In this document: positions 1 through 12,419 of the stretch, piece by piece
Layout of the letters: each line of letters opens with the position of its first letter
How positions within the stretch are numbered: position 1 is the stretch's first letter
Assembly (NCBI RefSeq): GCF_000315625.1
Contig: NW_005434521.1
Span: 54,525-118,524, forward strand
Source: Guillardia theta CCMP2712
Taxonomy: Eukaryota; Protista; Cryptophyta
Direction: 5' to 3'
Length of the DNA: 64,000 nt
The notes under the pieces: generated by a model
Database searches by the model: none
What the model saw: the letters and a program-made list of their open reading frames with translations, nothing else
What the model was told of the DNA's origin: nothing
Program-made: the position numbers and the translations under genes

Positions 1-721
1 AACCAAAGCGGTTTTTACCCCAGAATGTACCGTACGAGCAGTCCCGGGGCCAAGTGCCCGGCCCCCGGGGACTGAGGTCCGGTCACGTCAACTTGACCTC
101 GACTCGCCGTGACGCCGCCCTCGGCGGGCCAGGCCGATGTTGCAGCTGAGCCTCCCGGGTCGGAGAAGAACTCGGACCGTCCGGGGATTCGCAACACCGC
201 GCTGGACTCCGGATAAGGCAGTCACGCCGGCGCCGTGGCGGCGCGGCGGCCTCGTATGCGCAGCCGCGCACACTATAGTACTGAGCCTCAGGCTCCCGGA
301 GTCCGGCAAGTTGGATGATTGCTGGCAATAGACTCTGCACTGAGCCAACGCGTGAATCCGCGTAGATAAGGCAGTGAGGGGCAACCGTGCCCGGCCACTT
401 TGGCAGCCCGGCCCGTCCGACGGTCACGGCGGCGTGTCACAGTGTGGGCCCGGCCGCCGCTGCGGCGGCTCAGCTGGTCACGAGTCATGATTTCACATCG
501 GGCAGCACCGTGGCATACCAACCAGTTAATTTTTTTGAAACCAAAAGGGAGGGGGTGGGGTAGTAGGCCGTTGGAACTTCGGAAACTTTCAGGAGGGAGG
601 GAGGGAGGGAGGGAGGGAGGGAGGGAGGGAGGGAGGGAGGAGGGAGGAGGGAGGAGGGAGGGAGGAGGGAAAGACTGTTCAATGTTGGCTTTCCCTCATC
701 TAATTTTGATTGGTCAGCAAG

Positions 722-1164
722 ATGAGCAAGAAACGACCGCCAGAAGCTTCTCCTCCATCGTCTGGCATTGGCCTTTTTCTCGCTGCGGGCGAGGATGTGA
801 ATGGAAGGAAACGAGGAGTTGTGGTCACAGGACTACTGCAAGGGGGACCAGCAGAAGTCTGTGGAAAGATTCGTACTGGAGACCGCTTGTTGGCGGTGGA
901 AGAGGAGCGGGTGGAGGATAAGCCGCCGCATGAGGTAATCTCGCTGATTACCCACCCTGAGCGATGCAGGCAAAGGAGGAAAGTTTCATCCTCTTCCTCT
1001 TTTGTGCCCCAGTCACTCTGGTTGACGTTCGAGAGGCTTGAAGACTTGCCAAAGGTTTTGCCGTATGAAGTTCAAAGAATGCCGGAGGCTATGAGGAGGA
1101 GGAGGAGGAGGAGGAGGAGGAGGAGGTGGTGGTGGTGGTGGTGGTGGTGTTCTTTCAGGTCTAA
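722..1164 (+). CDS. Small single-PDZ-domain protein
   Basis: MSKKRPP...SGIGLFL (GLGF-like loop)...VVVTGLLQGGPAEVCGKIRTGDRLLAVEEERVEDKPPHEVISLI is a PDZ pattern. A likely intron (~1054-1158, gtttt...tttcag, filled with GAG/GTG repeats) is followed by GTC TAA. Confidence 0.7.
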
Positions 1165-1192
1165 TAGAGGTCTATTGCAAGTTTCAACTGCT

Positions 1193-3466
1193 TCAGTGCC
1201 AGGCCCCGGGGGTCTGAGGCTCGATGAGGCCCGGGAGGAGGTACTCACTGAGAGACTCGGCGATCTGAGCCCCGACGTTCCTCAGGCTCGCCTCGTTGAA
1301 GTGAAGCGACTGAGCCCCCCCCACCTCGGAGCCCAGGAAGCTCGCCTCGCACGTGTAGCTGTCGATGCAGCCGAGCTCGTTGTAGACCACCGCCCTCCCC
1401 GTGTTGACCTGCCGCGTGTGAGCTGAGAGGTGAAGGGAGACAGTCAGGAATGAGGGGAGGCAGAGGAAGCAGAAGAGAGGAGGCGGGGAGGCAGGAGGAA
1501 CCTTTGACTTGCCGATCTTGTAGGTAGTGTTGCCCAGTGAGTAGAAGGCGCTTCTCCTCGACATGGCCCACGGCAGCCCGCTGACCGAGTCCTCGCAGCT
1601 GCCTCATGTCAGTCTGCAGGTTCGAGAGAAGGAAGCAGAAAAGGGGGCGAGGAGGAGGAGGAGGAGGAGAAGGAGGAGGAGGAGGAGGTGGAGGTGGAAT
1701 ACCAGTAGAGGAAGAATCCCTTCTTGCAGCTGTGCCCGTGAATGTCGAGGAAGAGGACGAGTCGGTTTGCCATGGCAAGTTCCTTACAGAGTCTCTTGAC
1801 ACTGGAGATCTCAGGGTGCAGCTGGGCGTCTGCTCGCTGCCTTCAGCTCGTCCCCTCCTCCTCATCCTCACCTGGTTCGATCCACTGCCGGTTGAGATCA
1901 TGCCCGCTGAGGCTGCAGCGATAGTTGCCGAGGATGACGCCGTCCGGATTGAGCATGGGGACAACGAAGAAAGAAAACGCGCGGCGAAGCTCCTGGGACA
2001 GGGAGTGAAGAGAGAGACGAAGAAAGGAGGGGAGGGGAGGAAGTTTTACGTGAGCGTGATGTGATGGCCCTGTGAGATAGTCGAGGAGACCATGCATGCT
2101 ATGAGTCAAAACGAACTAGTCAGGTCAAGCAGAAGAAAGCAAGAGAAAGCCGTTACAGTGGCTTGGGTTGGGCAAGAGAAAGAATGCGGGAAGGGGAATG
2201 GGGCGAGATCAGGCGAAAAGGAGGAGAATAAGGGATGCAGGAGGAAGGAACAGAAAACGAGGAAGAAGGAAGGGAGGATAGGGAGGGGGAGTTAGGGAGG
2301 GAGGGAGGGAGGGAGGGGAGGGAGGTAGGTAGGTAGGCGAGAAAGAGGAGGAAGCGAGGGAGGGAGGGAGGGAGAGAGGGAGAAGGAAGGGAGGGAGGGA
2401 GGAAGGGAGAGAGGAAGGTAGGTAGGGTAGGGAGGGAGGGAGGACGTGTGAAGTCTGTCTCACATCAGCGAGGCGTTGCTCTCTCCTGGATGCACGCGGG
2501 CTGTGATGACAAGGCTCGGCTTCTTCACCTAGCTGGGGTCACAGCTGTGCGCTTCCTCTCCCGTGCACCTGCAAGTCGTTGCCTATCATGACGAGGTCCA
2601 GCACGTTTCCAGCTATCGTCTTGCAGAGCTCGCTGGCGAGAGATCAGAACAGCAGAGGAGGAGGAGCAAGACCAGCGACGGAGTCGCTGCGAGCGAAGAG
2701 AGTCGCTCTGAAGCTCCAGCAGATGCCGCTGCTCGCAACGAAAGAGAAGAAGAGAAAGCAAACGAGTCAAAGCGACGACTGCAGTGATAAAGACGACGAG
2801 GAGGAGGAGGAGGAGGAGGAGGAGGAGGAGGAGGAGGAAAGTAGAGGAAGAGGAAAGTAGAGGAAGAGGAAGAGGGAGAGGAAGAAGATGGTTGTCGTGG
2901 TTGTAGTGGTGACGGAGGAGGTTGGGAGACCTGAAGGTCGTGGTAGGTGTAGGGGTAGCACATGGCGAGGTAGCACTCGTCGTCATCGTAGGGAAGTTGA
3001 AGGCTGAACCTCAACGTGAAGAAATTATTCACCTGCTACAAGCTGAGCTTCCTCCTCTGCTCCCCTCTGCTCCCCTCCTCTCTCCTGCTCTGCTCTTTCT
3101 TTTGCTCTCTCTCACCTGCCCATTCTTGTGGAATTGCCGCACATTCGCCTGGTAGGAGATGCTCTCCCCCACTCGGTGCCATCCCTTCCCCGTCCTCCGC
3201 TCCTCCTGCAGTCTCGTCAGCGGCGTCGCGTCGCCTCCATCCGACCTCGCGCGAGTAGAGCAGCGGCTGCATCCCGTCCTTGTACCTGCGAGATGGTCAG
3301 GCGGGGGAGGGGAGGCAGGAGGCGGTACAGGCTGTCAGGTTTGATGAAGTTTAGCAAGGAGAGGGTGTAGAGCTTGGAGGATAAGCCGTTGAGCACACGG
3401 AAGTAGAACCATTGGGTGCAGTTGAAGACTCGTGAGCCCTGTGACAGGCGTCAGGATAGGAGAAAG

Positions 3467-3523
<57 letters not shown>

Positions 3524-4549
3524 AAGAAGAAGATGATGATGATGATGATGATGATGAGGAGGAGGAAGCAGGCCTGAGAGGATAGGCAGACGTCGTCGCG
3601 CATGTAGAGTCGATACTCCAAGTCTCCCACCCGGTAGGCTGACAGGGAAGTGAAGGAGAGGAGAAGAATACAAGTTCTCACCCTTCCGTAGGTTTCCGCT
3701 CTCAAACCTGGACTCGAAGCGCAGGCAAGGTGATTGAGCGCTGCTGGAGCTGACGTTGCTGCGCTTTCTTTACTTCACTTCTCCTCGAGCAAGCACAGCA
3801 ACGTCACCTGCTGCTGAAGACACTCCTCGCCCTCTGCTCAGCTCTCGGTACGAGAGACTCCTCAACGAACATCTCATCGTCGTAGACAAGCTCCCCGTCA
3901 CTCACATCCGCCAGCTCGTCCTCCTGCATCTCACCCTCTCCCTCTGTGCTTCGGTCAGCTCCTTTTGCCCTCCTCCTCTCTAGCTACCTGTGCTCGGCGG
4001 TCCGTCATCGTCATCATCGTCGTCCCCTGCTGCCCCCCACATGGAGGAGGAGCTGCCTGCAGCCGCGTACTCTGCGGGAGCTCGCCATTCCCCGTGCACG
4101 GGAGTTGAGACGATCAGCTTCCGCCACGGTGAAGACTTAGCGGCAACGATTCTCGGACCCGCCCCCTCCTGCTTCCCTGCTTCAAGCAGCGACAGGATCG
4201 CAGCCCCTCCTATCGACCCCCTGCCGCTCTCGTTCCTCTTCCCCCCGCCTCCCTTCCCTTTCCCATCTCCTGTCGATCGCTGCCGCACCAGCTTCCCTCC
4301 CAGCCTCCTCCCTCCCTTCATCGTCCCGAGCAGGTTGGCCCCTGCGCCATCGCCTCGCACCGCATCGAACTTGTTCTTCCCCTTGTCCTTGGCTTCTCCC
4401 ACTTGGCTCCTCCCCTGCTGCTTCGAGCGCCATGACGGCTCCGCTGGCTCCTTGTCTCGCGCTCGAGTGAAGGAGCTGAACTTTCGTCCTCCTCCTACCG
4501 GTGCCAGCGCGTCTTTCTCAACTTTTCTCACCAGGCTGGATGTGGACAT
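1193..4549 (-). CDS. Cytosolic carboxypeptidase (M14D, CCP/AGBL/Nna1 tubulin deglutamylase family), multi-exon
   Basis: Exons give [66 protein letters not shown] and SYTCEASF. The Zn ligands and catalytic Glu are present. The N-terminus is low-complexity. Confidence 0.92.
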
Positions 4550-4678
4550 GTTTCAATGGCATCAGCGACCAGCTCGGGCAAGGCTAGCAAGAGAACGTCG
4601 GGGGCGCGTCACCAACATCTACACCAAGACAATAAGACGAGCAAAAAACAGCAACCTTGTGCTTCTACTCTCCCCTTT

Positions 4679-5039
4679 CTAGTAGATGTCTTGCTCTAGC
4701 AGATGTAGATGTCTTGCTCTAGTAGATGTCTTGCTCTAGTAGATGTAGTTGTCTTGCTCTAGTAGATGTCTTGCTCTAGTAGATGTCTTGCTCTAGTAGA
4801 TGTCTTGCTCTAGTAGATGTCTTGCTCTAGTAGATGTCTTGCTCTAGTAGATGTCTTGCTCTAGTAGATGTCTTGCTCTAGTAGATGTCTTGCTCTAGTA
4901 GATGTCTTGCTCTAGTAGATGTAGATGTCTTGCTCGAGTAGATGTCTTGCTCTAGTAGATGTCTTGCTCTAGTAGATGTACATGTCTTGCTCTAGTAGAT
5001 GTAGATGTCTTGCTCTAGTAGATGTCTTGCTCTAGTAGA
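4679..5039. repeat. Tandem minisatellite, 17-bp unit TAGTAGATGTCTTGCTC, about 20 copies with TAGATG stutter variants
   Basis: Directly visible head-to-tail array with no spacers. Confidence 0.97.
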
Positions 5040-5137
5040 TTTCTTTGCTCGCTCGCTCCCATTTCATACGACCTCGGCGCAACCATGATTCATATTTTTT
5101 CGTATTTTTTTAGTTTTACACATACAGCCGTTGGACA

Positions 5138-8100
5138 CTAGAAGCTCTCGACTACCAGCTCCTCCAGCAGCTCCTCCAGCAGCTGGTCAGCCACAAGGTT
5201 TGACACCGTCAGCACGTCCAGCTGAAGGCTCATCATGCTGCCCTCCATCTCCATCACTTCATCTTCGATCATTCGCTTCAGGCTTGCCGTCTCCACCTGC
5301 TCATCGTCAGCAGCAGCAGCTTGGAAGCAGGTCCGCCTCACCTCATCCATCGACCAGCTGTCTTCGCTCTTCTCGCGTGCGTCAGCCGCAAACTTCTCGA
5401 GCTTCTGCAGCACTTCCTCCTTGCCTAGCTCGTGACCTTCACAGCCGCCGTGCGCGAGAGTATCGTTGATGAGGTCCAGCACGAGCTTGTGCATGATCTG
5501 CTGAGGGTCAGGCGGGGACAACAACTAGCAACTTGTACGTGATCGTCGTCAGAGGCGTGGGGGAACATCCTTCTCTCCCAGGTCAGGAAGTCTCGCTCCT
5601 CGATCTGAGCGAGTTAACCCCAGCACAACCTCAAGCATCCCTCACCTCCCCAGCATACGGACCTCCTAGCTCATCCAGAAGCTGCTCAGCGTAGGCGAAG
5701 TGAGCAGCTCCCAGCCCTCGCTCGGGGATTATCCTCTCCTCCTTCTCCGCAGCTCCCGGCGCATGACGAACAGGCTGAAGTTGTCCGAGGGTGGGGGACG
5801 GAAGGAAGTCGGCGAGGAAACACTCAAAGATTTCGTCAGCGATGCTCGTCACAACCTCTGCGACTCTCGAGCTGCGTGTTGGGCTCTTGCTGGTGACCTC
5901 GCCGGCTTTGCCCTCAGCTCCCGCTGATGTTGCGCTTGCGACGGCATGGCCAACCCGAGCTGTTGACGTGTGCTCTTGACCTCCTTCATCCAAGCCCTCC
6001 GACTCTTGCGACGAATGGCGTTGATGCATGTGCTTGGAGTCAACGAGCAGAGGAGACGGAGGGATTGGGTGGTCTCTCCGCGAGTCTTCAGCTTCCTCTG
6101 TCACTCGTTCCTTCTCGTCATTCGCCCCTTCTCCTTGTCTCTCTTCTCCTCTTCTCGCCTCCTTGCCTTCCTCATGCAGTGCAGTCCCCCCCTCCTCCCC
6201 CTCATCGACGAACGAGTCGCTGTACAGGAGTGAAGGGATCGTCGAGTCTCCTCGCTCCTCCACAAACGACTCGCTGTAGGCGGCACTGGAAGTTGCAACT
6301 CCCTCCTGCTCCTCTAGCTCATGACTCGCTCGCATGCCACCAGAGCGAGACTCCAGCTCCTCCTCCAGCACATCCTCAGCTGACCCGCTCGCCGCCCTCA
6401 CATCCTCCACATCAGAGTGAAACTCGAGCGAGTAGGACCACGCTCCTGCCGGAGCTGGCTGACCCTCCTGCTGACTCTTCTCTTCATGCTCGCTCTTCCT
6501 CCACGTGTCGACGATCTCCTCCTGCAGCACGGGAGCAGCCCCATCGCTAGAGTGACCCTGACTCACCATCTGTTCCTCCACTTCCGACGCTGACTGAGAC
6601 TCGCGCTTTAAGTCTTCCACCTCTTCCACCTCTTCCACCTCTTCCGTCGCCATGCGGGCGAAGGAGCTCGAGATGTTGCGAGAGGGCGCAGCGTCTTCGA
6701 AGTCTTGCGTGTAGTCTTCAGTCACCGAGGCTATCCTGCTCTCCCCTCCGGCTTCCCAGTCTCTCTGCGACAAGTCCGTGGCGATGGAGGAGGCTTCTCC
6801 TCCCTCCCGCTCGTGCTGGGACCTCAGTGTGTATCCTCCTCGATGGACTCTGAAACTTTGCTTCTCCTGCTCGCGTCCTCCTCCGCCACCTCCGACTCCT
6901 CGCTCGACATGTCTTGGTTGATGAATTTGCTCGTTGCAGCGCTGAAGGGATCGTAAGCAGTACGAACAAACAGTCCTCCACCCTCTCCCGCCTCTGTTCC
7001 ACTCTCCTCGCTCCTGCTACTCTCGGCTGAAGATAATTTGGCTTCCTCCTCTTCCGATGGTCCCACAGAGTCGCTCTGGTCGACGACGGGAGCGACCATG
7101 GAGGAGGGCGTGCCTGGCTGGTCGACGGGCTTCGTCCAGGACTCATCCAGCAGGACCTTGACGTCCTTCTTCGCCTCCTCGTCCACGTTGTATCGCAGAG
7201 CATGCTCCAGCAGCTCCTCGGTCCTTCGCTCCTCCGCCTCCACCGCCATCTCACGTCGCCGCATGTTGGTCAGCGCTTCCTTCTCCTCCAGTAGCCTCTC
7301 CGCGTACTCGCGCTTCTTCCTCGCCTGCTGCTCGCGCTCCTCCAGGCTCCGCGTCTCTGCCATTGAGTCGATGCGATGAAGTTCAGACGCAAGAAAGCGC
7401 ACAGACTCGGCATGGAGGCCCCGGCTGAAAGCAGCTGGGGCGTCGGCGAGGCCCGGGGGATGGTGAAAGTGAGGGATGCGATCGGAGGAGACGCTTTCCA
7501 TGCCGTCAGAGCTGAAGGACGTTTCTGACAGCATCGCGTCAACGCTCTCCTCCTGCACCCTCCTCCTGTCAGCCACGCGCTCATCCTTTGCATCTCTTGG
7601 CTCCTCCTCCTCCTCCTCCTCGTCTCGTCCCCTCCTCATCGTCAGCGTGTCTCTGCGCGCAACGAGGAATGATTCGAGTTGCATCCTGAGCTCCATTCTT
7701 CTCTTCCACAAGTCAGCTCTGCTGCTAGCTCTCAGCCTGCTGAGCTCTGCCTTCTCAGCCGCGAGTCTCATACGCAGCTTCTTCTCCTCTTGCTCGAGCC
7801 TCAACATCTTTGACCGGCTGCCCTGCGAGGAGGCCGAGCGGTACAAGGCTCTCACGCGCTCGAGCTGAGCCGCCGCGTACTCCTCTAGCGTCTCCTCTTG
7901 AAGTTTGAGAAGCGACAGCTGCCGCTCCACCCTCCCCTCCTCCTCAGCTAGCGACTTGTGGAAGGCGCCGACTGCTTGCCGCGTCAGAGAGTCCTCTCGA
8001 AGGATCGCAGGGACGTCTGCATCCTCTAGGGTCCACTTGCCCTCCCCCGTCGCGCTTCTCGTCAGGGAGACGTCAGGCGGGTGGGAGGGAGAAGGAAGCG

Positions 8101-9869
8101 ATTGAGGATGAGGAGCGACCCCTATCGCCCCGACCTTACTGGACAAGCGGGAAGCATCGCGGGAGCGGAAGGAAGTCTCAGCCTCGAAGTCCTCCGAGTA
8201 CTTCTCGGACAAGGAGACGACATTCAAGTTCTCCTCCCTCCTCACCTCATCCTCCACCGAGTCTTCAGCTACTGAACTCACTCCCCGGCTCCTCGACATG
8301 CTCTTCTCCTCCATCACCTGCGGTGGCGTTAGTTGTCTTCTCGCCCTCTCCTTACCCTCTTCACCTCCTCCGCCTCTATCGACGCATGATGTCCCTCTAC
8401 CGACGTGCGAAGCTCAACCGACGCGTTGATGCTCGAGAAGCTCCTCACTTTGCTCTCCTCCTGCTCGCCTTGTCACCTTCCACTCCTCCTCCTCCTCCTC
8501 CCCTTCTCACCTGCGACCGTCTCCCCGACTTCTCGAGCTCATCGATAGACGAGGAAGCGAGGTGGACAAGGTCATCCTCCTCATCCCCCACGATGCTGGG
8601 GGGTCGCGAGACGTTGATCTCGTCAGGCAGGTGCAGCTCCTCTGCATCCTCGCCGATCTCGTCAGGGGATCGACTCATCGATCGGTTCTCCTGCTCGACG
8701 TCCTCGAAGTCAGCCGTGTAGTCGCTGTCGTTGGAGCTCTCCGGGTCTTGAGCCAGCAGGTTCATGTGTCGCCTCCTCTCCTCCTCCGCACTTCTCTCGA
8801 GCTTCTGCTTCTCTTGCCCGACCAGCTGCGTCGTCAGCGACTGCCGGAAGATGCTCGTGATCTCCTGCAGCTGCTTCGCGTGCTCCTCTCTCAGCTCCGC
8901 CACCAGCTGCTCCCTCCCGTCATTGCGCTGCTGGGCCGTCAGCTCCCGGAGGACGAGGGAAAAGTGGTCAGTGGTCTCGTGCAAAGACTGCGACAGCTGC
9001 TGTACGAACTCCTTGTTCATGCTCGCCAGCAGCCTGCCCGTCTCTTCCTCCCGTCGCTTTTCCTCCGCCAGCTTCTCGTCGCGCATGATGAGAGTCTGTG
9101 CAAGCACGACCGACTCCTGCTGGGCTGTCGAGACTTGTTGGATCCTCACCAGACTCTCCAGCTGCTGCTCGTATTCGTTGATGTCTTCAAGCAGCTGAAC
9201 TTCGGTCATCAGCCTGTTCTGCAGCTCTGACGGCGACAGTCGCTGCCTTGTTGGCTCACGATGAACCCCAAGCAGGTCTCCTTCTGTTGCCAACGGAAAG
9301 CTGGGGTCTCCTCTAGCAGGTTTCTTCACTTCTTCGATCACCTCGCTTTCTTCTCTCTTCACTTCTTCGATCACCTCGCTTTCTTCTCTCTTCACTTCTT
9401 CGCTTCTCTTGTCCTCAACCATCTGCTCATTGGTCGTCTTGGGTGAGTTTGCCGTCTCACTCTCCTCTCCCTTCTCCTCCCCTAGTCTTGCGCGTCTCTC
9501 GGGCTCGTCAAGGATGTTCCGAGCCTGCACCAGCAGCTGCTCTACTTCTTCTGCCGGCAGGAACCCTCGCACGATTCGCTCGGCGCTTATGGGAGCCTCC
9601 CAGCCCAGGTCGAGAAGCTCTTCCCGCTGGAGCCCAGTTGCGAGTCCCTGCTGGAGTCCAGCTGGTCTTTGCGATAAGGACGGGGGGACGAGAGACTCAG
9701 CTGGTCTATCAGGCTTAAGAACCTTCGCGAGGCTCAGCGGGTCGTCAGGCTCGTCCAAGTCTGGTCGACCCTCCCATGGCTGATGTGACTGGTCGGCGAA
9801 GGAAGAGGAAGAGGACCAGTTGTCGAGGAGCCGCGAGGGGGGGAGGTGAGAACCGTAGCCTACCTGCCT

Positions 9870-9940
<71 letters not shown>

Positions 9941-11926
9941 CGACAAAGTAGGTCTGGATTGCTTGTTCTGCAACTTGGATGATCTCGCTGGTCTGCACTT
10001 CTTCCTCCTTCATCTTCGCTGCCTTCAGCTCGCCTCCGCTTCCTCCTTGTTCCTTCGCCACTTGATCATAAGCCCCTCCCTCCTCTCCGTCCTCTGATCC
10101 TTCACTTCTCCAGGTGCCATCCAGCTCGTGCGCTCTGCTGCTTCTCAGTCGGAGGACACCAACTTCGACGTCTCCCTGACCGCAGGCTGCGTTCATGTCA
10201 TACTGCTCCTTCCCCCAGCTCGCCTCAGATGCTACTTCCTCTTCCGGTACCACCTGCCTCTCCCCTCCACGCTCCTCCTCTTGTTCAGCAGCAGCAAATA
10301 GTTTTTCCACCCGGAGCGCGAGGCTTTCAGCCATCCTCGTCAACTCATCGATCTTCTCTCGCTTGCTCTCTGATTTGTGTCGCTTCTCCCGCCTCCTCCC
10401 TGCTGTCCGCCTGCTGCACATCAAGTTCAGCACCTGCAGAGTAGTCAGCACGTGCAGCCTCAAAACTCGAAGACCTCAAGCTCGACGTCATCGGGAGAGA
10501 CCCAAGCTCGACGAGGTCGAGGAGGAGGAGAGGGAGGGGAGGGAGGGGAGGGAGGGGAGGGAGGAGGTTTAAAGGGGGGAGTGGGCGACTCCTTGACCTC
10601 CTCATTTTTCTTCTCTACTTGCACTGGCTGATCGTTGGATGCCCCGGTCGAGTCTTTCAAAACCTCTTGAGGTTCCGGTTGTGACGGGAGACGTCTGGGT
10701 TTCTTCTCAAGCTCTTGTGCTCGTCTTCGACGTTCCCTGTCATACATCATCCTCTTCTGCCTTGCATCTCGAGCTTCTCCTCCTCTCCTCCCCTGGTGTT
10801 GGTTTGCAGCAGGCTGCTCACAGGCCTCCTTCTCATGCATATCTCCCGAGGTTTCCTTCTCATCTCCATCTTTCGTCTCCTTGCTCTTCGCAACATGTCG
10901 CTGTAGGAATCTCTTCGCCGTCTCTCGCGTCAACTTCTTGTAGCGATCCACTGCCGCCTGAACAGCTTTTCTCGCAGACATCTTCTTTTGTTTCGTGGTC
11001 TTTTCTCGCTCCTTCGTCTTCTTTCTCTGTTGCATCATCCAAGCCTTCACGCTCGTCACGTCGTACCATCTGGGACGCTGAGCCTGGGAGGGCAGGGCGT
11101 CATCGGACTCGTCTTTGTTCATCGCAAGCAGAGCCCCAACGGGCACTGATGCTTGACGGTCGCTTGTCCGCTCGTCTCTCTCCTCGGCATGCACATCCCC
11201 CACCTCTCGTTGTCCCTTCACCTGCGCCTTGCTAGCTTCCTTCACAGCTTTCGCTTCCTCGCCTTTCCCTGGCGGTCTCGGTCTCCTCCGGTTTCCAGGT
11301 CGAGCAGCCGCGACTCTCGGACGGGAGCTGCTGCGGCCTTGCTTCTTCTCCACGTCTCCTTGAAGAAGCGCTCTGCTCGAGACTGTCTTCTCCTCGCTGC
11401 TCTCCTGCTGCGAAGGTCGCAGATCGTGAAGGTCTTCTGCTCCCGCCTCAGCACGAGGAGCGGGAGCTCTGCCTTGACCAGATCTTCGCGTCTTCTCCAC
11501 GAGGTTGAGCTTTCGTCGCGATTCGGGAGACAGGTCGCGGAATCTGATTCCTGACTTGCATGTGAGTTTAACCTTGTCGGGGGCCGCTGGGTTGAGCTGA
11601 GCCACTGCCGCTTGCTGCTCCTTGGTCTCGTTCCTCGTAGCCGGTTTTCGCGTCCGGATACATTCATCGAGCAGCATCAGCTGCTGCTTCCTGTGCAGCT
11701 CGTTTGCCATCTCCTCCTTCTTTAGCGCTTTCAACCGACGAATCTGATGATAAAGCCCATCACTCAACGCATCAGCAAGTCAAGGGTAGAAGCAGCTCCC
11801 CCATTGCCGCACCTCCTCGAGGGCAAGCTTTGGCGCATGTCCTTTCCTACGCTGTTTCACGCCGAGCAGCTCAATCCCGTCGGGCATGACAACACGATCA
11901 AGCTCCTGCGGCGTATTCTTCGCCAT
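5138..11926 (-). CDS. CEP350: CEP350/CAP350-like centrosomal protein, large multi-exon coiled-coil; 5' end uncertain
   Basis: RLSPSELQNRLMTEVQLLEDINEYEQQL...AQQESVVLAQ and EEEGRVERQLSLLKLQEETL...RLAAEKAELSRLR match conserved CEP350 blocks. The C-terminus has HKLVLDLINDTL and VADQLLEELLEELV (TRM/CAP350 M4 and M2 motifs, DUF4378). ORFs 10460-11767, 8445-10463, 6824-8317, 5631-6773 and 5138-5524 are exons. Confidence 0.85.
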
Positions 11927-12419
11927 GATCTGCCCGCACTCTCACGAGGTGCCAGCAAGTTCCATTCAACGAACCTGCAAGAGACGCGGGTCGACGTACA
12001 TGGGAGAGTTGGGGTCTAAGCTTTGGAACCTGTTTGGGCATATTACAAGAGTCAAGCCACTGACAGGTTAATCCTTCACCTCTGCATGCTCGGCATTGTT
12101 TATCGCACTGCAATGAACCGACGGACGATCACATTCGCTTCATGTAAAATGTCAGTACATCCACTCAAATCCTACTATATTTTGGCGCTGATCTTGTTTC
12201 TCCTTGCTGACAATCCTTTGACTGATGTTTTCTTCCTATAGCCTTTCTTCTTCTCGCTGTCTTTACGCTTCTTCCTTCCCTCCCTTGTCCTCCCTTCCCA
12301 TCCGACGATCTCCCGCCATGTTTGCACTGGGAGTCTGAGGCGGGTTAGCTCAAATTTTAAAAATGAAACCTCCGGGGCCGGGGCCCTCAAGTTGCCCGGC
12401 GGCTACTGAAACTTCTCAA

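Noticed and set aside
710-1426. 238-aa ORF taken as a single protein
   Set aside because: The distal part runs through a GAG/GTG microsatellite intron and is antisense to the CCP last exon.
4679-5039. Possible CRISPR array or telomeric repeat
   Set aside because: No unique spacers, no cas genes, eukaryotic context. The array is internal and the unit is not telomere-like.
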